This document shows positions 54,130 to 64,000 of a DNA stretch of 64,000 nt, piece after piece. The position numbers and the translations under genes are program-made. The notes beneath the pieces are model-generated. The model did no database searches, was not told the origin of the DNA, and was given only the letters and a program-made list of their open reading frames with translations. Within the stretch, counting starts at the first letter, position 1. The number at the start of each line of letters is the position of its first letter. The DNA comes from a bacterium (GTDB taxonomy: Bacteria; UBA8248): assembly GCA_965221165.1 (NCBI GenBank), contig CBDCRP010000003.1, forward strand, positions 384,001-448,000, in the 5' to 3' direction.

Positions 54130-55914
54130 ATGGCCGTGGCGACCAAGGCGAAAAGCCAAGCAGCAAAACAACCTACAAAACTGAAGCCGAAGAAAATCTC
54201 AGGCGCTGAGATTATCTACCGCAGTCTTGAGCGGGAGGGTGTGAAGTACGTTTTCGGACACCCGGGCGCCATTCTGCTGACGGTCCTGGACCTATTCCTT
54301 AAAAGAAGCAAAATCAAGCACTTGCTCATCCGGCACGAGCAATGCGCCGCGCATATGGCGGAAGGCTATGCCCGCGCCAGCGGCGAAGTCGGCGTATGTC
54401 TTACCACCTCCGGGCCCGGCGCCACGAATCTCATCACGGGCATTACGGATGCCTACATGGACTCTATTCCCATCGTATGTCTCACGGGACAAGTCGCCAC
54501 TTCGATGGTGGGCAACGACGCCTTCCAGGAAGCCGACATCGTCGGCATGACCAGAACCATCACCAAGCACAGCTATCTGGTTCAGAGCACGGATGATCTC
54601 GCTGAAACGGTTCAGGAGGCTTTCTACATCGCACGCACGGGAAGGCCCGGCCCGGTTCTGGTCGATCTGCCCAAAGACGTCCTCCTGGGCGATGGGAACT
54701 ACCAGCTTCCGGACAAAGTGGAACTTCGCGGCTACAAGCCCACGACCAAAGGTCATCCCAGACAAATTCAGCGCGTAGCCGAAGCCATCAAGGAATCCAA
54801 ACAGCCCCTGCTCTACGTGGGCGGCGGCGCCATCCATGCGGAAGCGCATTCTGAGATCGTAAAACTCGCGGAAACGGCCGAGATTCCCGTAACGTATACT
54901 CTCCTGGGCGCAGGCGCTTTTCCGAGCGCACATGAACTCTCGCTGGGTATGCTCGGGATGCACGGAACGGCATACGCCAACTACGCGACCATGGAGTGCG
55001 ACTTGCTCATCGCCGTCGGCGCGAGGTTCGACGATCGCGTCACCGGAAAGGTATCGGAATTCGCTACGCGGGCGAAAATTATCCATATCGACATAGACCC
55101 CACGGCCATCGGGAAAAACAAGGCGGCGGATATCCCGGTTGTGGGCGACGCGCGCCAAGTGCTCGCCGAGGTCAATAAACTCGTCAAGCCCCAGAAGCGC
55201 GCTTTGTGGAAAAAACGGATTGAGAACCTGAGAGCGGAATACCCGCTGACTTTCGATTCGCCGGAGGGTTCGCCGATTAAACCACAAGAGGCCATCGTCG
55301 CCTTAAGCGAGGAGGTGGGCGATAAAGCGATTATCACTACCGAGGTGGGACAACACCAGATGTGGACCGCTCAATTTTATAATTTCACTTTCCCGCGTCA
55401 GTTCATCTCATCCGGCGGCCTCGGAACGATGGGTTTCGGCTTTCCCGCAGCCATCGGCGTGGCGCTGGCGAGACCGGACAAGCTGGCCATCGACATTGCG
55501 GGAGACGGAAGTTTTCAGATGGTGATGCAAGAAATCGCCACGGCCGTTCAATACGACATTCCCGTAAAAGTATTTTTGCTCAACAACGCCACGCTGGGCA
55601 TGGTTCGCCAATGGCAAGACTTGTTTATGGACAGGCGATTCAGCGAAGTGGATTTCGAATCCTCGCCCGATTACGTCAAGATCGCGGAAGCATTCGGCGC
55701 GAGTGGCCGGCGCATCGTGGACAAAGAAGAAATCCGGCCCGCCATTCAGGAAATGATCAACACGCCGGGGCCCTATATTCTGGACGTGATCGTCGACCCC
55801 GACGAATTGGTGTTCCCGATGGTGCCCGCAGGCGGTGCGACGAAAGACATGATCGTGCGCGACAGCCGAAAAAAAGTTCTTCAAGGCAAGCTCAGCGCCT
55901 TGCCCGACAACTAG
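54130..55914 (+). CDS. ilvB: acetolactate synthase large subunit (copy 1)
   Basis: RHEQ, TSGPGATN, DAFQE, GMHG, RFDDRVTG, SGGLGTMG, GDGSF and LGMVRQWQ. Confidence 0.95.
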   Translation: MAVATKAKSQAAKQPTKLKPKKISGAEIIYRSLEREGVKYVFGHPGAILLTVLDLFLKRSKIKHLLIRHEQCAAHMAEGYARASGEVGVCLTTSGPGATNLITGITDAYMDSIPIVCLTGQVATSMVGNDAFQEADIVGMTRTITKHSYLVQSTDDLAETVQEAFYIARTGRPGPVLVDLPKDVLLGDGNYQLPDKVELRGYKPTTKGHPRQIQRVAEAIKESKQPLLYVGGGAIHAEAHSEIVKLAETAEIPVTYTLLGAGAFPSAHELSLGMLGMHGTAYANYATMECDLLIAVGARFDDRVTGKVSEFATRAKIIHIDIDPTAIGKNKAADIPVVGDARQVLAEVNKLVKPQKRALWKKRIENLRAEYPLTFDSPEGSPIKPQEAIVALSEEVGDKAIITTEVGQHQMWTAQFYNFTFPRQFISSGGLGTMGFGFPAAIGVALARPDKLAIDIAGDGSFQMVMQEIATAVQYDIPVKVFLLNNATLGMVRQWQDLFMDRRFSEVDFESSPDYVKIAEAFGASGRRIVDKEEIRPAIQEMINTPGPYILDVIVDPDELVFPMVPAGGATKDMIVRDSRKKVLQGKLSALPDN

Positions 55915-55926
55915 GAGGTTTCATTC

Positions 55927-57621
55927 GTGGAGCTCAATGGCTCGCAAATCCTTATCGAAGAGTTGAAAGCGGCAGGCATAGAGATGGCTTTCGGCATCCC
56001 GGGCGGCGCCATCATGCCTTTTTACGATGAACTGATGAAGTCGGATTTCCCCCACATCCTCACCCGGCACGAACAGGGAGCCGCCCACATGGCGGACGGG
56101 TACGCCCGCGTGAGCGGCAAGGTCGCCGTCGTCGTCACGACGTCCGGCCCCGGGGCCACGAACCTCATCACCGGGCTCGCCAACGCGCAGATGGATTCCG
56201 TGCCGCTCATCGCCATTACGGGACAGGTGGCGACCAACATGATCGGAACCGACGCCTTTCAGGAAGCCGACGTGTACGGCTGCTCCATCCCGGTCACCAA
56301 ATTCAACTGGCTCATCAAGGATGTCAATGAAATTCAACACGTTACGCGGGAAGCGATTCGCGTGGCCACAACGGGGCGGCCCGGCCCCGTTCTGATCGAT
56401 CTTCCAAAGGACATCCAAATCACCAAAGCGGAATACACGCCGCGAGAATCGGGTGAATCCCCTCTTCCGGCCGTCAGGCAATATCCGGAGCTCGATACCG
56501 GGGGAATCGACAAACTGCTCGAAGCCCTGGAGCGGGCCAAGCGACCCGTCATCATCGGCGGCGCCGGCATCATCAAGTCCGGGGCATCCGCGGAACTCAC
56601 GAAATTCGCAAAGACCGCCGGCATTCCGGTTATCAATACCTTGCTGGGGCTGGGGGGGTTCCCCGGCACGGACGATCTTTTCCTCGGAATGCCGGGAATG
56701 CACGGTACGGCCTATGCGAATTTTGCGCTTTGCGAATGTGATTTGCTCCTCAATCTGGGCGCTCGTTTCGATGACCGCGTAACAGGCAAGGTATCGAGTT
56801 TTTGCCCCAAAGCGATTATCGCGCATGTCGACATCGACGCCGCCGAGATCGACAAGCGGGTGCACACCCATATTCCGATTCTCGGGAATGTGCGGGATGT
56901 GCTGGCCGAGCTGAATCAGCGTTTAACGCCCGGTGATTACGAGGGCTGGCAGCAGACCTGGACGGATTGGAAGGAAAACTATCCCCTTCAATACGACTGG
57001 GACGGCTCCATCAAGCCCCAATACGTGATCGATCAGATTCAGGAAATTACCGAAGGCGACGGCATTTATGTGACCGGCGTGGGCCAGCACCAGATGTGGG
57101 CGGCGCAATTCATCCGCTTCAACGAGCCCAAGACCTGGGTGACCTCCGGCGGTCTCGGCACGATGGGCTTCGGGCTTCCCGCCGCCATCGGCGCTAAATT
57201 CGCCCGGCCGGAAAAAGACGTCTGGCTCATCGACGGCGACGGCAGTTTCGCGATGACGCTCGTCGAACTCGCCACGGCGGCGACCTATAACGTCCCCGTG
57301 AAAGTCGCCATCCTGAACAACGCGTACCTGGGAATGGTCCGCCAGTGGCAGGAACTGTTCTTCGAGAAGCGCTACTCGCACTCGCATTACCCGGAAAATC
57401 CGGATTTTGGCGCCATCGCGGAAGGCTATGGCGTAAAGGGCATCAACATCACCGACGTGAATGAGGTGCGAAACTCACTCGAGACGGCGTCCGGGCACGA
57501 TGGGCCCGTGGTGTTGAATTTCATGGTCAACAAAGAGGAAAACGTCTGGCCCATGGTTCCCGCCGGCGCCGGAAACGATGAGATGCAACTCGCGCCTCCT
57601 TCGAGGGAAACAAAATCATGA
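55927..57621 (+). CDS. ilvB: acetolactate synthase large subunit (copy 2)
   Basis: Same full AHAS motif set but clearly divergent from copy 1. GGAGG RBS, GTG start. Confidence 0.93.
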   Translation: MELNGSQILIEELKAAGIEMAFGIPGGAIMPFYDELMKSDFPHILTRHEQGAAHMADGYARVSGKVAVVVTTSGPGATNLITGLANAQMDSVPLIAITGQVATNMIGTDAFQEADVYGCSIPVTKFNWLIKDVNEIQHVTREAIRVATTGRPGPVLIDLPKDIQITKAEYTPRESGESPLPAVRQYPELDTGGIDKLLEALERAKRPVIIGGAGIIKSGASAELTKFAKTAGIPVINTLLGLGGFPGTDDLFLGMPGMHGTAYANFALCECDLLLNLGARFDDRVTGKVSSFCPKAIIAHVDIDAAEIDKRVHTHIPILGNVRDVLAELNQRLTPGDYEGWQQTWTDWKENYPLQYDWDGSIKPQYVIDQIQEITEGDGIYVTGVGQHQMWAAQFIRFNEPKTWVTSGGLGTMGFGLPAAIGAKFARPEKDVWLIDGDGSFAMTLVELATAATYNVPVKVAILNNAYLGMVRQWQELFFEKRYSHSHYPENPDFGAIAEGYGVKGINITDVNEVRNSLETASGHDGPVVLNFMVNKEENVWPMVPAGAGNDEMQLAPPSRETKS

Positions 57622-58121
57622 GACAGGTCTATTCCATTCTCGTCAACAACCACGCGGGCGTGCTCTCCCATGTAGCCGGCCTTTTTACACGCCGAGGATA
57701 CAACATCGAGAGCATCGCCGCCGGGCCGACGGAGAATACCACCATAACGCGCATCGTCATCGTCGCCATCGGCGAGGAAAACGAACTCGACCAGATCGCC
57801 AAGCAACTCCGCAAGCTCTACGACGTGCGGGAAGTCGTGCAAATATCCTACAACCAGGCCGTCACGCGCGAACTCGTTCTTGCGACGATCAAAGCGCCCA
57901 TTGAGAAGAGAAGTGAAATTATCCAACTCGCCAACGCATTCGGCGCACAGGTAATCAACGTGACCGATGGTACGGTTACGCTCGAGGCAAGCGGCAACGA
58001 CCACAAGGTCAGAACCCTCATCAAGGCCTTCGAGGGCTACGGGATATCACAAATGGCGCGCACAGGAATGATTTCACTGCCCTACGACGGCATGCCGGAC
58101 GACTGGGAGCCAATTTCATAA
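57618..58121 (+). CDS. ilvN: acetolactate synthase small subunit (copy A)
   Basis: LVNNHAGVLSHVAGLFTRRGYNIESI and ARTG. Confidence 0.92.
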   Translation: MRQVYSILVNNHAGVLSHVAGLFTRRGYNIESIAAGPTENTTITRIVIVAIGEENELDQIAKQLRKLYDVREVVQISYNQAVTRELVLATIKAPIEKRSEIIQLANAFGAQVINVTDGTVTLEASGNDHKVRTLIKAFEGYGISQMARTGMISLPYDGMPDDWEPIS

Positions 58122-58642
58122 TGTCTAGGAACGCCAAGGACGATTCACACACGATAGCGGTTTTGGTGGAAAACAAATTCGGGGTTCTCGCCAAGGTGGC
58201 GAGCCTGTTCAGCGCCCGCGGCTATAACATCGACAGCCTGTGCGTGGGCGTGACGCAGGACCCGAGCGTATCCCGCATCACCCTCGTCACGCGCGGGGAC
58301 GAAAAAATTCTCGAGCAGATTCGAAAACATCTCGGCAGGCTCATCGACACCTTCAAGGTGATGGATATGAGCGAGACGGACAGCGTCGAGCGCGAGATGA
58401 TTCTCATCAAGGTGTCGGCGCCGAAAGCCGCGCGTCCGGAGATTTTTCAAATCATCGATGTTTTCCGTGGCCGCGTCGTCGACGTCTCCACGGATACCAT
58501 TACCGTGGAAGTCACAGGCGATGACGGGAAAATTCACGCCATTTTGAATTTGCTCCAGCCATTCGGCATCAAGGAAATAGCGCGCACGGGCAAGGTCGCC
58601 CTTACCCGGGGGGCGAAAACTCTCAAGGCCGCCAAAAATTAA
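58121..58642 (+). CDS. ilvN: acetolactate synthase small subunit (copy B)
   Basis: LVENKFGVLAKVASLFSARGYNIDSL and EIARTGKVAL. Confidence 0.93.
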   Translation: MSRNAKDDSHTIAVLVENKFGVLAKVASLFSARGYNIDSLCVGVTQDPSVSRITLVTRGDEKILEQIRKHLGRLIDTFKVMDMSETDSVEREMILIKVSAPKAARPEIFQIIDVFRGRVVDVSTDTITVEVTGDDGKIHAILNLLQPFGIKEIARTGKVALTRGAKTLKAAKN

Positions 58643-58645
58643 CCC

Positions 58646-59302
58646 ATGAGAGAAAGAAACCACCCCCGTAGACCATTCATCGCGAGAGAAGGCTGGGGCT
58701 ACGTTTCGGGTTTATCGGCCGTCTGTCTCATCTCGGTCTTGTTCGGGGGATGGATGTGGGCGACTCTTTTTTTTCTGCTGGCCGCAGCCGTAGCCGGTTT
58801 TTTCAGAGACCCCCATCGCACCCCGCCCGATGAGCCGGGCGTCGTCTTATCCCCGGCAGACGGCCGGGTTGTGGAGGTCGCCTCCACCGAAGGCGGTGGA
58901 GGCGTGATCCGGATTTTTCTCTCTCCTCTGGATGTGCACATCAACCGTTCACCCGTGGAGGGGAGAATATCGGGCATCAACTATAAAAAAGGCCGGTTCC
59001 TGGCTGCCTATAAAGAAGACGCCTCAAGCATCAATGAGCAAAACGCCCTGGAAATTGAAACGAACACAGGCGATAATTTCAGAGTCGTTCAGATCGCCGG
59101 CGTCCTGGCCCGGCGGATTATCTGCTGGACCAAGACGGGCGATACCCTCAGCGCGGGAGAGCGCTTCGGGCTGATTCAGTTCGGCTCGCGAACGGATCTT
59201 TATTTTCCGGAAGGATATGATATATCCGTAGAACAGGGACAACGTGTTCGTGGAGGAGAAACCATCATTGGACGAACAAGCAACCCGGCAGCCACGCAAT
59301 AA
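58646..59302 (+). CDS. psd: phosphatidylserine decarboxylase proenzyme
   Basis: FFRDP, SPADG, IFLSPLDVHINRSP, QIAG and FGSRTD. Confidence 0.94.
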   Translation: MRERNHPRRPFIAREGWGYVSGLSAVCLISVLFGGWMWATLFFLLAAAVAGFFRDPHRTPPDEPGVVLSPADGRVVEVASTEGGGGVIRIFLSPLDVHINRSPVEGRISGINYKKGRFLAAYKEDASSINEQNALEIETNTGDNFRVVQIAGVLARRIICWTKTGDTLSAGERFGLIQFGSRTDLYFPEGYDISVEQGQRVRGGETIIGRTSNPAATQ

Positions 59303-60104
59303 ATTTGGTCGTCGTTCACGCAGGAGAAGGCGTCGTTCCGGAAGACGCTCTTTTCAGCGGGGGATATATCTGGTTCCCAACCTGCTGACGACGGGAAGCC
59401 TGTTTGCCGGTTTCTATGCGATTGTCGCCTCCATCCAGGGAGACTTCACCTGGGCCTCACTGGCCATATTATTCGCCATCGTCCTGGATGGGCTCGACGG
59501 AACCGTCGCCCGGTTGACGAAGAGCACAAGCGCTTTTGGTCTTCAGTACGACTCGCTATGCGACCTGACGGCTTTCGGCATCGCCCCGGCCGTTCTCATA
59601 TATACCTGGCTTCTCGCACCTTACGGAAGAATCGGCTGGCTGGCCACATTCATATTCGCCGCTTGCGGGGCCTTGCGACTGGCGCGTTTCAATGTGCTGG
59701 CGCAAGCCAGTAGCGGCTCCCTGGATTTCCGGGGGCTGCCGATACCGGGGGCAGCCGGCGTCCTGGCGTCCATCGTATATCTGGCCGAAGATTTTTCGAT
59801 CAAGGCCCATGTCCCCCTCATCCTGATTGCGGCGCTCAGCTATGTCTTGGCATTCCTGATGGTGAGCACCATTCGCTACAAGAGTTTCAAGGATTTAAGC
59901 GGACCTCTCAGAAGACCGTTCCGTGTTCTCGTCGGCGCCGTGCTGGCCCTTTTCGTGGCGGCGGCGATTCCTCAGGTAGTCGCCTGTCTGGCATTTGTCG
60001 GTTACGCCGCATCCGGCCCCTTTGGGATGATAGCGAGATGGCGGGAAACCAAACGAGGGGCCACCTCGGAAAATCTCGAAGAAAAGCACTCGGAATCTTC
60101 ATAA
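59268..60104 (+). CDS. pssA: CDP-diacylglycerol--serine O-phosphatidyltransferase
   Basis: PNLLT, DGLDGTVAR...FGLQYDSLCD, ALRLARFN and GLPIP. Confidence 0.94.
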   Translation: MDEQATRQPRNKFGRRSRRRRRRSGRRSFQRGIYLVPNLLTTGSLFAGFYAIVASIQGDFTWASLAILFAIVLDGLDGTVARLTKSTSAFGLQYDSLCDLTAFGIAPAVLIYTWLLAPYGRIGWLATFIFAACGALRLARFNVLAQASSGSLDFRGLPIPGAAGVLASIVYLAEDFSIKAHVPLILIAALSYVLAFLMVSTIRYKSFKDLSGPLRRPFRVLVGAVLALFVAAAIPQVVACLAFVGYAASGPFGMIARWRETKRGATSENLEEKHSESS

Positions 60105-60285
60105 TCCTCTCCCTGATCGCGAGCTCACCCCGCGATGAGTGGTTCGGACAATGGCCATCTCCTGTCTTTTTCATCATTGCCCCTGATTGCGATCTCACCA
60201 AATAGCATTCATAATCCATCTCATTAAAAACCGTTATCAAAAAGCCCGACTCATTTGAAGTTAGAGATACTTTTCGCGAACCACG

Positions 60286-62616
60286 ATGATGAGAATTTCC
60301 GTGTCGAATACTCCGAAATTCGCTTTTTTGAAAACCCAGGCGTTTTACTCGTCACTCGTCATTTTCTCCCTCGTGCTTTTTGGGCAACCATCCCGCCCGC
60401 AAGCGCAGTTCCGCCCCGGCGCGCAGGCTCAAACCCCACCCACCTCACCCACGAGAAGCGATGAGGGCCTTCGGATTTTGAAAGAACCCGAAGCCGCCAT
60501 CGCCATCACGGCCGATGAGATACGAGAAGATCGGGAGCGGCAGCGGATAATAGGCCGCGGACTTGCGGACATCCGGTATTTAGGCAAAAGGATTCGGGCG
60601 GACCACATCGAAGTGCAAACATCGACGCGCGATGGCGTCGCCACCGGAAACATCGTCTTTCAAACCGGGAACGACCGCATCGTAGCCGACCGCATCGAGT
60701 TCAATCTCGATACCGAGCGCATGGTCGTATTCAACGCGCGCGGCTTCATCGGCGCCACTTATTATGTGACCGGACAGGTGATTCGACGCTTGTCCGAAGA
60801 TCGGTATGAAATCCAGGGGGGCACTTTCACCACATGCGAAGGCGACCTTCCCGATTGGGCTTTCGGCTTCGACCGGGCGACCTTCCAAATCGAAGGCTAT
60901 GCCCAATTGGAAGCCCCCACCATGACGGTGAAAGGCGTGCCGGCGGCTTTTTTCCCCTGGGCCATAGTGCCGATAAAAACAAAAAGGGCCACCGGCTTCC
61001 TCCTGCCGGGCATCGGCTCGAGCAATCGAAACGGCTTCCAGTTCTCTCCCTCGTTTTTCTGGGCCATCGACGATTCGTCGGACGCCACCTTCGGGGTCGA
61101 TTATTTCAGCAAACGCGGCACGCGCTATAAAGGAGAATACCGCTACGCACCGAGTCAAAATACATCGGGACAGATAGGGGGTCGTTACATAAAAGACCAA
61201 CTGGAGCGAGCGACTTTGTGGGACGTCAAAGGCGCCCACCGTACGAATTTCAAGGATACCGGAGCCAGCCTGCACGCCGTGGTCGATTTACAAAAACGCG
61301 CAACAAACGACCGCTCCCTCGAAAGCGATTTGCTGACTCGCACGCGCCCGGACACGGACACCCATGTCACTTTCACGCAAAATTTGCCCAGCATTTCCGG
61401 GCAATTCGAAGTGGGGATGAGGCGACGCGAAGGATTGAGCGAAAACGACGGACAGTTGTTTCAAAAAGCGCCGGAAATCAACCTGGACATCCACAACAAG
61501 CGACTGGGAACGAGCGATCTTTACTTCAACATGGCTTCCTCCTTCACGAATTTCAGAAAAACCGAAGACGAAAACACGATTCGGTTGAGCCGGTTTCACC
61601 TCGAACCATCCGTATCGCTTCATTTCGAGACGGTTCCCTGGCTCGGGTTGACGCCCGAAATCGGATTCCGCAAAACCCATTGGACCCATCAAAAAACAGA
61701 TTCGAGCGTGGGCTCGAACCCGGATGTCACCCAACGGGTGGAATCCGGCCTGTCGCGTGAAATGTGGTTTGCAAAGCTCCATGCGGTCGGCCCGCGATAC
61801 AGCAAAATCTATAAAACCGAACTCGGCCCTTTCCGGGATTTCAAGCACATCATCTCGTTTGAAACGACGTATAGATACAGTCCGGACAAGGACGCGCAAG
61901 ACAGACGCCTGATCATCCCTCTGGACGCAGCAGATGCCCTACAGGATGAAAATATCATCGAATACGCCCTTGTGAACCGCGTACTGACGAAAGTACTTGA
62001 AAATGAAGGGCTGCAGACAAGGCAGTTGTTCCGGTACCGGATCAGCCAGACATACGATTTCGCCGAGGAGCGAAGGAGCGAAAATTTATCCATAAAACCC
62101 AACCGCCCCTTCGGCGACATTACCTTCAGGATCGAATCGCGGCCTACGTCCAAATTTCGTCTGCTGCAACAAATCAAATACAACCCGTATGATTTGGAAA
62201 TAAGCGAACACTCCACGGGCTTTCTTATCGATGTCGGAAAAAATTGGTACTTCAATATCGATCGCACCTGGACGCGCCAGAGAGACTATTATCCGGAAAG
62301 CGCGGAAGGCAGTTATCTTAACTTCGCCGGAGGGTTCTCCATCAACCGCAATCTTTCTCTCGAATACATCACACGCCTGAATAAAACCGAAAATACCACG
62401 CTCGAACAAAGCATCACGGCCCGCTACCTCGACTGCTGCTGGGGCCTGGAACTCACCTTCACCGACACAAAGGATCAAAGCGAAGTTTTCTTCGGCTTCA
62501 GCCTCATCGGTCTGCTCGAAGGCGAAAGAGCCCTGGGCTCCACAAGCAGACGGAACGTTTTACAACAAGGCGGATTTTGGGGAAGTGGCACATGGGCGCC
62601 TTTGCCCTTTGAGTAA
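60286..62616 (+). CDS. lptD: LPS-assembly protein LptD
   Basis: OstA-like N-terminus (ITADEI, FTTC), RATGFLLP, beta-barrel region and C-terminal DCCW. Confidence 0.88.
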   Translation: MMRISVSNTPKFAFLKTQAFYSSLVIFSLVLFGQPSRPQAQFRPGAQAQTPPTSPTRSDEGLRILKEPEAAIAITADEIREDRERQRIIGRGLADIRYLGKRIRADHIEVQTSTRDGVATGNIVFQTGNDRIVADRIEFNLDTERMVVFNARGFIGATYYVTGQVIRRLSEDRYEIQGGTFTTCEGDLPDWAFGFDRATFQIEGYAQLEAPTMTVKGVPAAFFPWAIVPIKTKRATGFLLPGIGSSNRNGFQFSPSFFWAIDDSSDATFGVDYFSKRGTRYKGEYRYAPSQNTSGQIGGRYIKDQLERATLWDVKGAHRTNFKDTGASLHAVVDLQKRATNDRSLESDLLTRTRPDTDTHVTFTQNLPSISGQFEVGMRRREGLSENDGQLFQKAPEINLDIHNKRLGTSDLYFNMASSFTNFRKTEDENTIRLSRFHLEPSVSLHFETVPWLGLTPEIGFRKTHWTHQKTDSSVGSNPDVTQRVESGLSREMWFAKLHAVGPRYSKIYKTELGPFRDFKHIISFETTYRYSPDKDAQDRRLIIPLDAADALQDENIIEYALVNRVLTKVLENEGLQTRQLFRYRISQTYDFAEERRSENLSIKPNRPFGDITFRIESRPTSKFRLLQQIKYNPYDLEISEHSTGFLIDVGKNWYFNIDRTWTRQRDYYPESAEGSYLNFAGGFSINRNLSLEYITRLNKTENTTLEQSITARYLDCCWGLELTFTDTKDQSEVFFGFSLIGLLEGERALGSTSRRNVLQQGGFWGSGTWAPLPFE

Positions 62617-62685
62617 AATAGAGCGCGGGTTTTCTTTCCTATTCATTTGCGCAACCTGCCCATTCAGGAAGGATGAGACGACTCC

Positions 62686-64000
62686 GTGAACATTTGCGTT
62701 ATCGGTTGTGGATATGTCGGATTGGTCACAGGGGCCATATTCGCCGATTTGGGCAACGACGTCATCGGCGTGGACATCGACCAAAACCGCGTGGATACCC
62801 TGAACGCAGGCGGCTGCCCAATCCATGAACCCAGGCTGCCGGAACTCCTGGAGCGCAACCTCAAAGAAGGCAGGCTCACGTTCATTACCTCTATCTCTCA
62901 AGCTGTTCTGAAAAGTGAAATCATTTTCATTTGCGTGGGCACGCCGCCCGCCGAAGATGGTGGAACCGACCTCTCCCAGGTGGAGACGGCAGCGACGGAC
63001 ATCGCCCGCGCAGTGAATAGCTACAAGATCATCGTCAACAAAAGCACAGTGCCCGTCGGCACGGGAGATTTCGTTCGAGACGTCATCGAAAAGAATGGCG
63101 TCGCTCCGAAAGATTTCGACGTGGTCTGCAACCCGGAGTTTTTGCGTGAAGGACAAGCGGTGCGAGACACGCTCCAGCCGGAGCGCATCGTCATCGGCTC
63201 ATTTTCAGGGAAAGCGGCCAAAACGGTTCAACTTCTATATCAAGCCCTGAACGCTCCTTTCATCATTACGGACACACAAAGCGCCGAGTTGATAAAATAC
63301 GCCTCGAACGCATTTTTGGCGACGAAAATCACATTCATCAACGCGGTGGCGAATCTTTGCGAGCAGACGCAAGCAGACATTCGCGAGGTCGCCAAGGGGG
63401 TTGGCGCGGACTCGCGGATTGGCCCCGCCTTCCTGGGGGCGGGTTTGGGCTATGGGGGCTCTTGCTTCCCGAAAGATGTGGACGGCTTGCTGCACGCTTC
63501 CAGAAAACTTGGCGTTGAAATGCAAATTCTGGAATCCGTGAGAGCAGAAAATAAAAACCGGGTGCCCCGATTTGCGCAAAGAATTATTAACAGAATAGGC
63601 GGGAAGAACGGATTGCCGCTCGAGGGGAAAACCATCGCCGTTTTGGGGCTGTCGTTCAAGCCGGATACGGACGACATGCGAGAAGCCAAGAGCATCGAGA
63701 TTTGCCGTGCGCTCCGTGAGGCGGGGGCCTGGCTGCGCGTATACGACCCCATCGCCACCGAAAACGCCAGGCGAATCATCGGAAATGAGCGCATCGAATA
63801 CTGCCAAAGCCCCTACGAGGCTGCGAAAGGCGCGAGCGGGGTCGTCATCGTCACCGAGTGGCGCGAATTTATTCAGTTGAACCTGAATCGCCTGAAATCA
63901 GAGATGGCGGAGCCGATTATATTCGATGGCCGCAACATCTATTCTGCAGAGCAAGTAACCGATGCCGGTTTTGAATACTTCAGCATCGGGAAAACGCCGA
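62686..64000 (+). CDS. ugd: UDP-glucose 6-dehydrogenase (3' end outside the window)
   Basis: Not in the ORF track. Translates from the GTG as NICVIGCGYVG, with ICVGTP, KSTVPVGT, NPEFLREG, KYASNAFLA, GYGGSCFPKD and FKPDTDDMRE. Confidence 0.95.
   Translation, partial: MNICVIGCGYVGLVTGAIFADLGNDVIGVDIDQNRVDTLNAGGCPIHEPRLPELLERNLKEGRLTFITSISQAVLKSEIIFICVGTPPAEDGGTDLSQVETAATDIARAVNSYKIIVNKSTVPVGTGDFVRDVIEKNGVAPKDFDVVCNPEFLREGQAVRDTLQPERIVIGSFSGKAAKTVQLLYQALNAPFIITDTQSAELIKYASNAFLATKITFINAVANLCEQTQADIREVAKGVGADSRIGPAFLGAGLGYGGSCFPKDVDGLLHASRKLGVEMQILESVRAENKNRVPRFAQRIINRIGGKNGLPLEGKTIAVLGLSFKPDTDDMREAKSIEICRALREAGAWLRVYDPIATENARRIIGNERIEYCQSPYEAAKGASGVVIVTEWREFIQLNLNRLKSEMAEPIIFDGRNIYSAEQVTDAGFEYFSIGKTP

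Overview
A mostly GC-rich bacterial chromosomal segment from a diderm organism (it carries lptD and a TonB/ExbBD module). Gene orders such as atpZ-atpI-atpB-atpE-rex, ilvB-ilvN-psd-pssA, argH-lptM-lysA-dapF and dapL-folK-panC resemble Desulfobacterota/Nitrospinota-like lineages; this is an inference only. About 1-19 kb holds catabolic and redox genes (cyclase, LVIVD protein, SDRs, Ldh_2, M24, crotonase, Gfo/Idh/MocA, LLM, MsrP) plus pgk and a CBS/CGL pair. The rest is mainly housekeeping: HU, hisC, larEBC, Lys/Arg/pantothenate/BCAA genes, F0 ATPase, lptD and ugd. I found no rRNA, tRNA, CRISPR array or transposase. The main points of interest are as follows. (1) A split ORF pair that reads as one deiodinase-like selenoprotein, with an in-frame UGA and a SECIS-like hairpin (16474-17166). 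(2) A SprT/Wss1-like HExxH protease ending in a beta-clamp-type motif, QLSFDF. (3) larE-larB-larC followed by a MoaD/ThiS sulfur carrier, with no larA. (4) A short 7-13-7 hairpin repeat family with compensatory base changes. (5) A low-GC islet with degenerate inverted-repeat ends, a dif-like site and an 8-Cys secreted protein. (6) A frameshifted rex. (7) An ilvB-ilvB-ilvN-ilvN array with a structured leader. All calls come from reading motifs by eye; no searches were run.
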